Origin: Cladosporium halotolerans
Taxonomy: Eukaryota
Direction: 5' to 3'
Assembly: GCF_011745625.1 (NCBI RefSeq)
Contig: NW_027191474.1
Coordinates: forward strand, 186,001 to 250,000
DNA: 64,000 nucleotides
Positions 44,722 through 56,452 of the stretch are shown here, in pieces; the stretch's first letter is position 1; the number at the start of each line of letters is the position of its first letter. The notes beneath the pieces are model-generated. The model worked only from the letters and a program-made list of their open reading frames with translations. It did not search any database and was not told where the DNA came from. The translations under genes and the position numbers were made by a program.

Positions 44722-46896
44722 ATGGCAAAGGGCAGCGCCACCAGGTACGGCAAGAGAAAAGCCAGCGACAACTGGCCAGATGGTCGTGACGGCAGGATAC
44801 CATCCGCCACTTCCACTTCACTGCCGTCAAATGGTGAAGCTACTCTGAATCTGTTCAAGCGGAGTTATGCGCGCGACTTCGATCTCACTGTCACAGACGG
44901 GATCAAAGTCGAAAACGAGTCGGACGAAAGCAGTGTGGCTGTCTCCTCTCCTACTCCAGCTTTCCGACCGTCACGCCGCCAGCCATCATGGTCACCATCA
45001 ACGGCTCTGGTTCGCGCCCTCTCAGAGATGCCGCAACCCGAAACAAGGCGGGATGACGCAACTTGCACTTCGTCACAAGCGAGTGACAGTCGCGAAAATG
45101 CCTTCGTCCCCATTTTAGTTCATCAATTCGACGCTGAGGTGACCCAGCTTATTGTCAGTCGAGTGATCCAAAGCGCGAGGGAGTCCGCCGGCCCCGAGGA
45201 CGAGTTGGGGTTGAAGCGTGTTCAGAACATTGTTGCTCGACTTGATCAGGAGAATATCTCAAAGGCCCGTCGCAAAGAGGTCATCGATTTCCTCCAGCAA
45301 GGTTTGAAAGACATTTGCAATGGTCTTTATACGCGCATCAAAGCCCTGCACTCACCGACGCCATCCGGACATTGCTCGATCAAGGTTCGCGATCATGATC
45401 GTTTGGGAAGCCCCGAAACGACTGACCGACGCATCGCGATGGCATCTGAATCGGTTTTTGCCGATATCCCGCATTCCAGAAAGCAAGGTGCTTCGAAACT
45501 GACCGAAACATCTGGCCAAAGCGAAAGCTTGTCCGCAACAGCTGCCAGCGACAAAGAAGGCACGAGGGATGTCCATGATGATGACGGCTGCTCCAAACCA
45601 TCCGGTTCGCGAAGCGATCATGGATTCTCTGACCGAACTCGTACCCTGACTGCCGATAGAAGAACAGTGTCTGCGGCCACCACCGCAGCGCTCGCCCCTG
45701 CTAAGACGCAGCGAAGTCTTGACAACCTTCTTCTGTACGGGACTCTCAAGGCGAAGACTACGTTTGACATCTTCGCACGCTGTGCCATCACAGCGTGTGC
45801 CAACGGCCTAGGAGACGAGAAATCGTCCGTTGACATTCGTGGCTCAGCGCACAACGTCTGGCGGAAACTCACTCACAAAGACAAGAGCGTGTGGGAAGAG
45901 TTGTTCAAAGTCCGACGTACAGACGCAGCTGTTTTCGACAAGGGCCAGAAGCTACTGGAGTCGCAAGGTCACATTTCACGGATTTCGACAGAACGAGCGC
46001 GCGCAGATGCGGCGTCATCTCCAACTCGTCCAAGTCGACCCTCAGGCTTTGATAGTCCTAGCCGTGCCGCTGCGGCAGTTGCGGCGCAGAAGAATAAGCC
46101 CTGTAAGAAGAAGAAACCACCCACCATCTCACAGAAGCATGCTAACCGATCAGGCGCTACAATGGTCTCGAAAATTTTCCCGGCGATGACACACGCGACC
46201 TCATCCACACCTTCAAGCCAGCCGTGTTTCGTTCCCTTCTCTGGTCGATCCGGCAGAGCTCTCACTTGCATTTATGTCGTCAACACTCCTGACACGAACC
46301 CCGGTTCTCTGCTCTCAGAAATAGAAATACGTGCTGCTTGCAAGCGTGAAGCACTCCCAGGTTTTGTTGACGTGGTGCGCCACAATTACAATGTCTTCGA
46401 AGCGATCTTTGCAACATTTGCTCAAGCAAAGTCAGCCCGCGATCACAGCAGTATCTCCGTCATACCTGCAACTACAACCACATCGACACCGTTGCGTGGA
46501 GAACCTGCCATCGTGCGCGCTACCTTCCACTTGTTGAGAGCCCCGAGGGTGTTCGTTTGCTACGCCACTGACCTTGCCATCGACCATGACACGGTATCCA
46601 CGCGAGTGTTCCAAGCCTTGGCCGCTCCGGACGCTGTACCGTGCAAACTGTTCAGGCAAGAAAACTTCGACATGCAAGACGACAGGATACGCTACATTCT
46701 CCGCTTCTCGAGCGAAGTGCCCGCTCCGCATATGGAGCGCTTCTACATCCCACTCGACGCCGAAGACTCGAAAGGGAAGGTCTGGGCCATCTTCAAGCCC
46801 GCGAACACCATCCGGGCTTGCGACTTTTGCGAGGAGCTGTGCCAGCAGGGCATTGATAGCTCTTGTGCTTTCGCACATGAAGTTGGTAGTCAGTGA
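44722..46896 (+). CDS. Hypothetical ~724 aa intronless protein with weak HMG-box-like, RRM-like and terminal Cys-knuckle segments
   Basis: Long stop-free ORF in moderate-GC DNA from ATG 44722. Domain resemblances are by eye only. Confidence 0.7.
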   Translation: MAKGSATRYGKRKASDNWPDGRDGRIPSATSTSLPSNGEATLNLFKRSYARDFDLTVTDGIKVENESDESSVAVSSPTPAFRPSRRQPSWSPSTALVRALSEMPQPETRRDDATCTSSQASDSRENAFVPILVHQFDAEVTQLIVSRVIQSARESAGPEDELGLKRVQNIVARLDQENISKARRKEVIDFLQQGLKDICNGLYTRIKALHSPTPSGHCSIKVRDHDRLGSPETTDRRIAMASESVFADIPHSRKQGASKLTETSGQSESLSATAASDKEGTRDVHDDDGCSKPSGSRSDHGFSDRTRTLTADRRTVSAATTAALAPAKTQRSLDNLLLYGTLKAKTTFDIFARCAITACANGLGDEKSSVDIRGSAHNVWRKLTHKDKSVWEELFKVRRTDAAVFDKGQKLLESQGHISRISTERARADAASSPTRPSRPSGFDSPSRAAAAVAAQKNKPCKKKKPPTISQKHANRSGATMVSKIFPAMTHATSSTPSSQPCFVPFSGRSGRALTCIYVVNTPDTNPGSLLSEIEIRAACKREALPGFVDVVRHNYNVFEAIFATFAQAKSARDHSSISVIPATTTTSTPLRGEPAIVRATFHLLRAPRVFVCYATDLAIDHDTVSTRVFQALAAPDAVPCKLFRQENFDMQDDRIRYILRFSSEVPAPHMERFYIPLDAEDSKGKVWAIFKPANTIRACDFCEELCQQGIDSSCAFAHEVGSQ

Positions 46897-47803
46897 CGCG
46901 GCTTGACGGAGATGGTGGAATCCTGCTTTCTGTGCATGAATAGAGCTAATTAGATAGTCACCACGTCTTGTATCTGTTTATTTTCGGTTGACCCTCGAAT
47001 CGTTAGCTGTTGACACAGCCGCAAGTCAATGTCTAGCAATGTACCACAGGCAAACTCAGTCGTCGTGCTAGAAGGTCTTCCAAGACTACCTTCCATGTGC
47101 GCTTGGTTCAACCAACGTACTGATCGATCAACTGCGTGATCGTGACATTCCGCACGAGGCTGGAGCCGCTGGACACGGCTCGATGTGCTGCATCATCCAC
47201 GGATTCCGACAGCCGTGAGGACTTGTCAGGTGGCGCCGCACACATTCGAAACTCAACGCGGCTGCAAGCAGACTGTCACGGTTTGACAGGCGGCTGGCTG
47301 GCGCTGCAGACAAGGATCGAGACCTGGCGTCGCTGCAAGCCACACCTCTTCAGGCGATGCCGAGTAACATCGCTTGTGAGCGCGCCAGTCGCCGTGAACT
47401 GATCAAAAACCCATCTCCCAGGCGACCGATGGACGCCGGAGCCCGATATGCTGTAGCCTGTGTCTGATGTCTGTCGGCATCTGTCCATGGAGTGGCTGGC
47501 GATGGCAGGTGTCGTGCTGCAAGCTCCAGCCCTGCATGCATCTGCTGCACCCGTGGACAACCTCTCACCGCCTGTTGGGTGTGTGGAGTCGGCGCTTGCA
47601 AACGCAATGTCTGAAGCGTCCGGGGAGTGTGCTTGGGTTGTTGGAGATACAGTTGTGTTGATGAAGTGGATTGGTGTCGGACATTCCCCGATGGTGGCGG
47701 GATGAGCCGTCGGCGGCCGAGGCTCTCCGAAGCTTCGGCGACAGCATCTCAAGAAACACCATTGGAGGTGCCGGACTTTGCTATATACTCGAAAACAGGC
47801 AAA

Positions 47804-48727
47804 ATGGCCCCCGTGCGCCCTCAAAGCTTTCTCTCATTACCCGCTCCTCTTCGAAGAGCAGTCGCATCATATTCACTTGCACGCGCTGCCTACGCCCCAC
47901 CTCTGGCCAACTCCACCTCTATCCGCGCGCATTCGACAGAATCCAGCCCTCACAATGGCCACGCCGGCAGCTCTGTCAACGAGACCGAAGTCTCCCACTT
48001 CAACACCCTCGCCTCGTCATGGTGGGACCCTCATGGTTCCAGCCGCCTCCTCCACCTCATGAACCAACACCGCCATCCATTCATCAACCGCTGCCTGAGC
48101 ACCGCCCCGCCTCTCCCTCCAAACCACAAACGCAAATACCTCGACATCGGCTGCGGCGGAGGCATCTTCGCAGAGTCCGCTGCCCGACTAGCGACCACGC
48201 AGTCCGTGACCGCGGTCGACCCTACGCCGGAAGTCATCGCCGTCGCAAAACGTCACCAGCGAACAGACCCTCTACTCATGGAGCCCGGCCGTCTCACCTA
48301 CCACAACATCCCGATCGAAGCCCTCCCCCTACCCACCACACCTGCAGACGGCTTCGACATCGTCTCGTTGTTCGAGGTCATCGAGCACATCCAGCAGCCC
48401 GCGCCGTTCCTGCGCTCAATATTGCAGCACCTCAAGCCTGGCGGCTGGCTGATCGGCTCGACGATCGCTCGCACGGGCACCAGCTGGTTCACGACCAAGT
48501 TCATGGCGGAAGAGGTGCTGCAGATGGTGCCGAGAGGGACGCACGAGTGGAGCCAGTACATTCAGCCTCATGAGTTGAAGAGCTGGGCTGCCAAGCAGCC
48601 GGATTTGGAGGGGTGGCAGACGATGGGTGTTGTCTATGTGCCTGGGTTCGGTTGGAAAGAGGTGGATGGTAGCGAGAGCTGGGGCAACTATTTCTTTGGT
48701 GTTAGGAAGAAGAGCTTGGAAGAGTAA
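47804..48727 (+). CDS. COQ3: Ubiquinone biosynthesis O-methyltransferase, mitochondrial
   Basis: Presequence from ATG 47804. EVSHFNTLASSWWDPHGSSRLLHLMN, LDIGCGGGIFAES, LFEVIEH, STIART, and VPRGTHEW. Confidence 0.95.
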   Translation: MAPVRPQSFLSLPAPLRRAVASYSLARAAYAPPLANSTSIRAHSTESSPHNGHAGSSVNETEVSHFNTLASSWWDPHGSSRLLHLMNQHRHPFINRCLSTAPPLPPNHKRKYLDIGCGGGIFAESAARLATTQSVTAVDPTPEVIAVAKRHQRTDPLLMEPGRLTYHNIPIEALPLPTTPADGFDIVSLFEVIEHIQQPAPFLRSILQHLKPGGWLIGSTIARTGTSWFTTKFMAEEVLQMVPRGTHEWSQYIQPHELKSWAAKQPDLEGWQTMGVVYVPGFGWKEVDGSESWGNYFFGVRKKSLEE

Positions 48728-48941
48728 TTGTACAGTTGATGATGATGAGAGGAAGAGAAGAGAAGCCATGATACCACAGCTCCGGTCGAGAGCATAAACT
48801 GTACCATTACTGTCTGAATATCTAATCGCACGGTCGAAAGACGAGACCGCACCACCTCTCGCTTGCCCCTATTGCTCGTTCCAAATTGCCTCTCCGGCCG
48901 TACCTCACGATGCTCAAATCTCAGGCTGGCTCTCCGTCATC

Positions 48942-49979
48942 CTACCAATGACCGGCCTCTCTGCCACGATAGAACCCCTCCATCTCCGCTCGCTGCTCCA
49001 TCCACAAGGACTTCAACAGCGGATCGTGGCTGCTATCCCCATCCCAATACTTCGAATGGAAACTCCTCGCTCCGCCCCTCCAATCCTTCGACGTCGGCCA
49101 GTTCGCATTCCACCCGTACCAAATCGGCTTCCACGGCATATTGCCCTCTCGACGATGCGCGTAGTTCAGCAAGCTCTGCTCCATGTACCCCGGATCGAAG
49201 CGGCCCTCGATATGCAGGATCGAGACGTAGTAGTCGAACAGCACGCGCGACGGCGCGAAGATGAAGAACCCGGCGTTCATGTACGTCGAATCCGTCGGCG
49301 GCGGCCACGGGTGGTCGTAGCCGAAGAAGTCCCCGTGCGCCGCGAGCATGTAGGTGCGTGGCAGCGGCGCCTCGTCGGCCGCCACTTGCGCGCCGTTCGC
49401 CCCCGTCGCCTGCGTCTGCGCCGCCTCGTCGAAGAACACCCCGTCCAGCGGGGCCGTCACCAGGTGGTCCGCGTCGATGTATAGGATCTTGCTCCACTCC
49501 GTCATCTCGAACATCCGCAGCTTCGCCATCATGTCCGCCCAGCGCGCGGCGCCCGGATGCAGCCAGTGGGCTTCGAGGCGCTCGACGACGCGGATGATGG
49601 CGCCGTCTTTCTTGAGCCGGGCGAGTTTGCGCTTCGACACGTCCGCCGTGCAGACGACTATGAAGGGGATGGAATGGTTGGTGCCGGCGCTGCGGGAGTG
49701 CATGAGCTGGTAGGCCAGGACGCGGGTCGCGAGGTAGTAGCCGTCGTCTTCGTCGCCGGCCGCTTCGCTTTCTGCGTCCGTGGCCATCTTGTCCGGGTTT
49801 GTGTTGGCGCCTAAGAAAGTGGCGAAGGCGACTTTGGGTGCTTGCACGCCGCCTCCATTTGAGCCAGGGATTCCGGGCACGTAGGAGTGCCAGCGTGAGG
49901 ATCGGAGGGTGAGGGTTACCAGAGCGGAGGCCAGGAAGAGGAAGATGAACAGCGCGACGTTGCGCGGGTTCGTCGACAT
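48942..49979 (-). CDS. Glycosyltransferase family 8 protein (type II membrane)
   Basis: N-terminal TM segment; KLRMFEMTEWSKILYIDAD (DxD), MNAGFFIFAPS, MEQSLLNYAH, and FHSKYW. Confidence 0.92.
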   Translation of the reverse strand: MSTNPRNVALFIFLFLASALVTLTLRSSRWHSYVPGIPGSNGGGVQAPKVAFATFLGANTNPDKMATDAESEAAGDEDDGYYLATRVLAYQLMHSRSAGTNHSIPFIVVCTADVSKRKLARLKKDGAIIRVVERLEAHWLHPGAARWADMMAKLRMFEMTEWSKILYIDADHLVTAPLDGVFFDEAAQTQATGANGAQVAADEAPLPRTYMLAAHGDFFGYDHPWPPPTDSTYMNAGFFIFAPSRVLFDYYVSILHIEGRFDPGYMEQSLLNYAHRREGNMPWKPIWYGWNANWPTSKDWRGGARSFHSKYWDGDSSHDPLLKSLWMEQRAEMEGFYRGREAGHW

Positions 49980-50912
49980 CTTGCGAGATCCGATGGAGGC
50001 TCGTTCGAAAACAATGTCTTCTCAATTTCCATATACAATCATCATGCTCGCGACATGAAGTCTCGCGAACCCCGTGCATTCCACCTGGCGACATCATGCA
50101 AGGCTTCCATCCCTTTGTACCACGCCTGGCTTTGCGGGAGTGTCATCCTGGCGTCGCCACTGAAAAGGTAGGATCGTGTCTCAGAGCCACGCAATACCTT
50201 CGTGGCCCTGTGGCGGCGTCTACAGTTGCATTGTCCGTCATCCGCCAGCCAAGAATGGCAGCCGCGTTCCTGTCGTCTGACAAAGATAGATGAGGTAGCC
50301 TGATGTAAAGAACAATCTCACGGATTGGGCTCAACTGATTGACCTAGTTCAATTCACAAGATGCGATGTGAAAAGTTTATTGAGCACGGCTAGGTTTGCA
50401 TCGAAGCTAAACAGATCAAACAAGACCGTCGGATACGATCTCGACACAGGAATGAACTTGCTGCCGTATTCAGGAACGTCTCAGAACCCAGGCAACATCG
50501 AAATCACTCGCAAGGCCCCTGAAATATAGAAGTTTATTTAACGTTGTCAAGAATATTTGAAATTGATCTAGTACCTTCGAAGAATGGCTGTTGTTGAAAT
50601 TGCAGGTTATCGAAAGACGAGCGATTCTGGTCTCCCGAAGTCTGCTACCTTATGGCCAGATTGAAAGTTCTACACTACCTAAGTGAGATCCACATTAAGA
50701 ACCGCATCACATCTGTCTCAACACTGTAGTCGCCACGGAGAAAAAGATGGCACAATTAACTTCCTCATATAGAGCAGCAGAATTGATCAAACCGGATTGT
50801 CGACACCAGAGTGATCAAAAGAAGAAACACGAAGGCAAGCGTCTGATCATTAGCCGTATTATCATATCAATTCCCAGCACCCGTACGCCGCATACCCAAT
50901 ACTAACGCCACC

Positions 50913-51990
50913 TCACTTCTTCACACTACTCGACGTATCCGTACTGTCCTCCACGCTCCTCTCGCGCACAAGCACTTTCTTCCTCTTGGTCTGCCCCGAA
51001 GTCGTAGGCGTCTCTTCTCCCACGCCCTTCTCCAACTCACCCACTGGCGTGCCGCCTCGCGCCAAAGGACTCGATCTGCCGCTAGCAAGCGGCCCCGCGC
51101 CGATGACGGGCGGAGGGACCTGCTCGATCGCGTCGTCGGAGCCAGACGCGAGGCGCGGGTCCGAGCGCGTGTAGTTGTACCCGTACGGCATGAAGGCTTC
51201 CCTTGTCCGGGCGGGGCTGTTGCGGCCGGCGGATTTGGAGGTGAATGCGGGTGCGGCTGGCGGGGCGAGGGTTTCGCTCTTCTCTCCCGGGTTTTGGGGC
51301 GCGCTGCGGGTGGTGATGCCTTCGTTGAAAGAGGTGTTGATCTGGTCGCGCTTGCGGTCGTGGCGCTTTTTCAGCCAGGTACCGAGGATGGCGATGAGGG
51401 AAAGAGCGATTGCGAGGACGATGAGCATGACGACCCATTTCTGGAGACTGTTAGCTGGAATGTAGAGATCAATTGAGCAGCCTTTGGCTTACCCAGTGAT
51501 TGTGCCACCAGCCTCCCTCCTGAGGCTCTCTGTCGAAGCCCTGCGAGTCCGTGGAAGAAGAACCCGTAGCTGTGGCGCCTGCAGCTGCGGCATTGCTGGT
51601 GCTACTTGAGCTAGAAGAAGTGCTGGTCGAGGTCATCGTGACCGTAGTCTGCCCACCGCTGCCATTGTCCGCGTGCTCGCTCGCGCCGTTGTCTGTGCCG
51701 CAGTTGCCTTGGTACCAGGTCATGACCTGCTGGTTCTGGCTTGGATCCGTACAGAAAGCATCGCAAATGCCATTTGGAGTGGAATAGAGGGTGGACAAGT
51801 ATGCTGACTGGCAGAAGCATGCCCATATAGCTTGATTTGCACTCGCGGTGCCTCCGCAAGCTTGGGCGGCCTGATTGAGCAGAGTACATGATTGCGCGCA
51901 GGCAGGGAGACCTTGAGCGAGAAGCTGTGCTGACGCGATGGAGGCTGAGAGGAGGGAAACGAGTACCGCGGCGAACGGTGTCCAGATCAT
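50913..51990 (-). CDS. Single-pass membrane protein with Cys-rich (CFEM-like) extracellular domain and Ser/Thr stalk
   Basis: Signal peptide; LPACAQSC...C...CFC...CDAFC...C (8 Cys); Ser/Thr linker; intron 51492-51441 joins WWHNHW to KWVVMLIVLAIALSLIAILGTWLKKR. Confidence 0.85.
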
Positions 51991-53084
51991 CGTGGCGAGT
52001 AGCGGACTTTCATGCGCGGCGTGCGAGGTATATCGTCAATTCGGTGGAGGTCTTGTGATATATGCTGACGCGTCTGACTGACGGTCGTTTGGAGCAATGG
52101 TGAGATGTTTCTGGTGGACGCGAGCGCGCAAGGAATGCCGCAATCTCCTCCACGAAGCTCGCGGTTTCTGGCTTGGGTGGGTGTGTCGACTGGAGAGGAA
52201 GTGAGGTCGGGTCTGCGATGCCGTCCTCCGCGACTCAATCGATGTCGTCTGGTGGTCCAGTACGCCTCAGGCCGTCGCAGTCATCCTGAGCTGACGGCAG
52301 GGAGAAGGCAGGGAGAGACATTGGGAGGCGGCGGGCGGCGACGGCTGGCCTCGCTTGCGCTGCCAGGTGTGGTGGGACGGCGCAGGAACAGTCCAGCAGC
52401 TCCGGGCGGCGCAGGCCCAGAATCGTCTAGCGCGCGGGTCTGGCGCGGGGGTGGGCCGCAAACATTTCGTTCCTGGAGCCTGAGGCCCACCAGCCGAGCC
52501 GCGTGATGTCGCCGAGTGCCGAGCGTGTGGAGGACGTTGCGCGAACGGTGAACTCTGAAGTCTAAAGCGACCCATTCTGACTTCATCTTTGACTTGTTAC
52601 AGTTGGCAGCAAGTGCTCCACGGACACTGATTGATATGAGCGTGAGGAATATCGCGAATCTCTGGGGGAATTCAGCGTGAATGTGGTCGGTTCTCACCTG
52701 TTGAGACTGTAAGTGGAAGCGAAGCGGAATTTCTTATGGAGCATTATTCTTGATCGGAAGCTCACGTCTCCGTGGCGATTCAACCACGTCGTGGGGAAGA
52801 GGGGAGAGAAACTATTGTACACGAAGGTTCATCAGAAGCCCACATTTTCGTCGCAAGAAAATCACATTGTGGTGAGCAGTGGGGAGAAGATAGACAGAAT
52901 GAAACCCGTGACCCATTATCATCCGCAGTCGTTTCTTGTGTCTTGGTGTTAACAAGGTGATGTGCATAAGGATTCTGTTGGGCTCTGATCGTTTCTGTTT
53001 TGGCGGGATTGCACTTGGGAACAGGAAAATAAGAAACCACTGCGGCCAAGACACCTCTCCTTTCCGGTGACCAGTATTAATGCA

Positions 53085-53830
53085 TCACTGAATGACGTCG
53101 ATAGTCCGCCTAGCATCATTACCCTTCCTCAGCCTCGTGCGCATCCACAGCACGTCGTTGTTCAAGCAACGCGGCTCGATGCACTTCCCCCGACATCCTC
53201 TTTGTCTCCCTGAAACCAATTTGTCGGAGGGACGACCAAAGACTTGCCCGTCTTCAAGCCCACGATCTTTCTTGAACAGACCCGCGCGTTTCCCATTCAC
53301 GTTGGCGCCTTGATCGTTCTCGCTGTCCGTCATGGTTGACGCTCCGCTTAGGTGACAGCGGATCCCCTTGAATTTTGCTGGCGAGCTGAAGCGGTGCATG
53401 ATGCTGACGGCATAGAGGTCAAGGAGGCTCTCTGAGATGCTGGGCTCTTGCATAGCGACGATCACGCGCCTTGTGTTGTGGCGCCATTCGCGTACGGCGG
53501 TGTGCAGGGAGGAGGTGAAGGCTTCGGCGGTGGGGAGGACCTTGTCGAAGTATTTGTGGGTTTCGTCGAGCGCGACATTCAGGCCTGGGGAAACGGCTTT
53601 ATCCGTGACGGCCTCTTTGGGGCGCTTGAAGATGGCGGAAAGGCAGATGTCGAAGAGGACGCAGGCCGTTCCTGCGTCGACGAAAGGATCAGGGAGGTCA
53701 CGATCGCCAGCGATCCGGGCATGTTTTCGACACAGGCGTCGTTGAAGTCTAGGCCTTGCTCTTTCATTTTCTCTTCCAGCTTGCGGGGCTTCAACTGCGG
53801 GTGATCGCGCCCACGTGAAACGAGCAATCA
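53085..53830 (-). pseudogene. Truncated, frameshifted remnant of a fungal P-loop (AAA-like/HerA-type) ATPase gene
   Basis: PGSLAIV and DLPDPFVDAGTACVLFDICL lie in different frames (1-nt loss near 53700). Degenerate Walker B VALDETHKY, REWRHNTRRVIVAMQEPSISESLLDL and HRFSSP follow. No Walker A half is present. Confidence 0.7.
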
Positions 53831-53900
53831 TTACTCGGTTCGTGACGCTCAGTTTTACGACGATCATGAACCCGTTCGATGTTTGTCTGCGGCACTCCAA

Positions 53901-56452
53901 CTAATTTGTCTCTTTTTTGCTTGATGGCGAGTCAGCAAACGCTTGCTTTTGCTTCTTCCAACCTTCTATCTTCGTGATCATGCTAATGGTCATAGGATGA
54001 TCACTTCCTAATGACACGCTGGATCGAACAGCGGCCAACCGCAGCTGCTCAATAGCGTTCTCCGTGCGGCCGCTTCTGAAGAGACTAAGTGCCATATTAG
54101 CCGTGGCAAGAACAGTCCTAGGGTGCGTGAGCCCCAGCGCTTCTTCCATGATGATGATCCCCTGCAATTCAAGTTCGGCGGCTCGGTCATGCAGGCCTTG
54201 GGAAGAGTACACTGCCGCAAGGAGGTTTAGGCTGGCTGCCGTGTCCGGATGCTTTGAGCCGAGTACCTTCTTCTTGATGTCGATTGCCTGTTCATACAGC
54301 TCCTCTGCTTGCGCGAGCAGACCTTGCGCAAAGTATACCGATGCGAGGTTGCTCATGCTTAGCAGCGTCTCCGGATTTTCGGGTCCTTGTATTTTTTGTC
54401 TGATTTCGAGTGCCTGCTTGTGAAGTTCGGCCGCTTGCTCGTATAGCCCTTGCCGGAGATACACTCCAGCGAGGTTGGTCATGCTCGTCGCCGTATATTG
54501 GTTCTCCACGCCAAACAGCGTCTTCCTAACCTCGAGTGTCTGCGAGTGAAGTTCGATTGCTTGCTCGTGGAGGCCCATCTTGGAGTATACTACGCCGAGA
54601 TTATTCATGCTCGTCGCCGTATCTGGAGCTTCTAAGGCCAGTAGTGCCTTTCTGACCTCGAGTGCTTGCACATGCAGTTTGACTGACTGCTCGTAAAGGT
54701 TTTGCTCGTAGTAAACACTAGCCAGAACACCCATGCTATTCGCCGTGTCAAGATGCTTCGGGCCGAGCAAATTGTCCAACAGCGTCAATGAGCGTGACGC
54801 CGCGTTGTCTGCGAGTGCAAGATTGCCCCGGTCCTGTGCGTACCATCCAAGGTTTCGTAAAAGAGACGCGTGCTGCAAAGCCACTTCTCGCTTTCTAAAC
54901 TTTATAGCGACTGTCATAGCTGCATGGGGGAGGAGCATTTGGCAGTTCTCCCAGTCTTCGAAGGAGGCGTACTCAGGAAATGCATTGTCCAGACTTGAGA
55001 TGAAGTGTGATTGGTAGTTCTCCAGCGTTTTCTGAGATTCCAACCAACCTTGCGTCGCCAACTGTACGAGTCTGTGCATCTCGAAGGACGTCTGAGCTCC
55101 GGTCATGGAGATGAATGCATAGTCAAGTAGAGTCTGTATGCCCTCGGTGAATTCTTCATTCTCGGATTCGGAGGACGTCGACGAAACGCTTTCAGTCATG
55201 CTTGCACTGTCGTTCCCTCCAGTCGATTCAGTATCGTGTATTGACAGGTCCGTTGCAGCTTCGCCCCACCCCTTGCTCATGTCATTGAGCAGGGCTTCTG
55301 GAATCGATTGTCGATCGAAACAGCTCATCAAGGACAAAAGATCGGCTGCTGATGTCCTCTGCTCCTGGATATAGTCGAACGAGATTTGCCATGTCAGTAA
55401 TATAGAGTCCGTGGCCTCGCGGTCTCGCCTCGTGTCTCCATCATCGCGAGCCAGGAGGCGCACCATCGATTTGTCGCTCTTCCTCAATTTCTGCACGTAG
55501 TCGGAAATGGACGACCTTCGTGCCTGCTTTCTGATGTAAGCAGCTGCTTGTGCCATTGCTAGTGGCATGAAGTCCAACTCTTTGACCAGCTCGGCGCCAT
55601 GATCCTGGTCATACCCGGCCTGCAGCTTCCTTTGCAGAAGCAACAGCGCATGCGCCTCTCCCATGGGTTCGACCATGACGACGTTGCTTCTGTCCGTTAC
55701 CTGCAAAGCTGCGCTCAAACTCCTCGTCGTGAATAGGAATTTTCCATGCGATGATGGTGGCAGGTAGTCAATGCACCGGTCTCCCGACGGTGGCCGCGGA
55801 TCTTGGCCATCTGCGCGTTCGGAGGCTGGCGGTCGAAGAAGGAACCGTACATCATCGGCGTTGTCAAGCACGAGCACCCAGCTTCCGTTTTCTGGGTCAC
55901 GCAGCCAGCTACGGAACAGCTGGTAAACGTTCGCCCCAGTCTCTTTGTGACCCGGAATCTGTAGTTGGGCAACTACATCACGAACGCTGCTGTCGAATCG
56001 CGGCGCGCTGCTTGCGTGCAGCCAGAACACCCACGTCTCTGGTGACTCGTCTCGGATTTGATATGCGTAGTCGATGGCAATCTGAGTCTTCCTGTAGATT
56101 TGTCAGTGCTGAATGTGGTTGAAAGTCTAGTCGCACGCACCCAACCCCTCCGAGTCCAACCAGGGCGACTCTGGCAGTAGGGACCGATAGTTTGTCCCCA
56201 ATGTCTTTGATGACATTCTCGCGGCGGACGTAGTCGGGGTCTCTTGGGAACGGCACTGTGGAGACGGGCTTTGGTGACTTCTTTTGTTGGTCAGATGCTT
56301 TGATCTTGTAAGTATCTCATGTGGCAAGGGGATGATTGCACGGCTGGGTCACCTGTCGTGATGTTTATTACGTCCCCATAATGCGCTCGGGCACCGTCAC
56401 TTGTCGTGACATTCGTGAAAGAGTGCCCCGTTCGCAGGGGCAGTGCATCCAT
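53901..56452 (-). CDS. Fungal NLR: N-terminal HET-s-related amyloid motif + NB-ARC + TPR (kinesin-light-chain-like) repeats, 815 aa
   Basis: Exons 56452-56353, 56297-56141 and 56091-53901 total 2448 nt in frame. VPFPRDPDYVRR, Walker A GLGGVG/KTQ split by intron 2, Walker B WVLVLDNADD, FTTRS, FMPLAMAQAA, FEMHRLVQ, and about seven 42-aa TPRs. Confidence 0.9.

Noticed and set aside
54000..54800. TPR array as a hypervariable high-identity repeat like those of het-type NLRs
   Set aside because: The 126-bp units are visibly diverged from each other, with no sign of recent concerted evolution.
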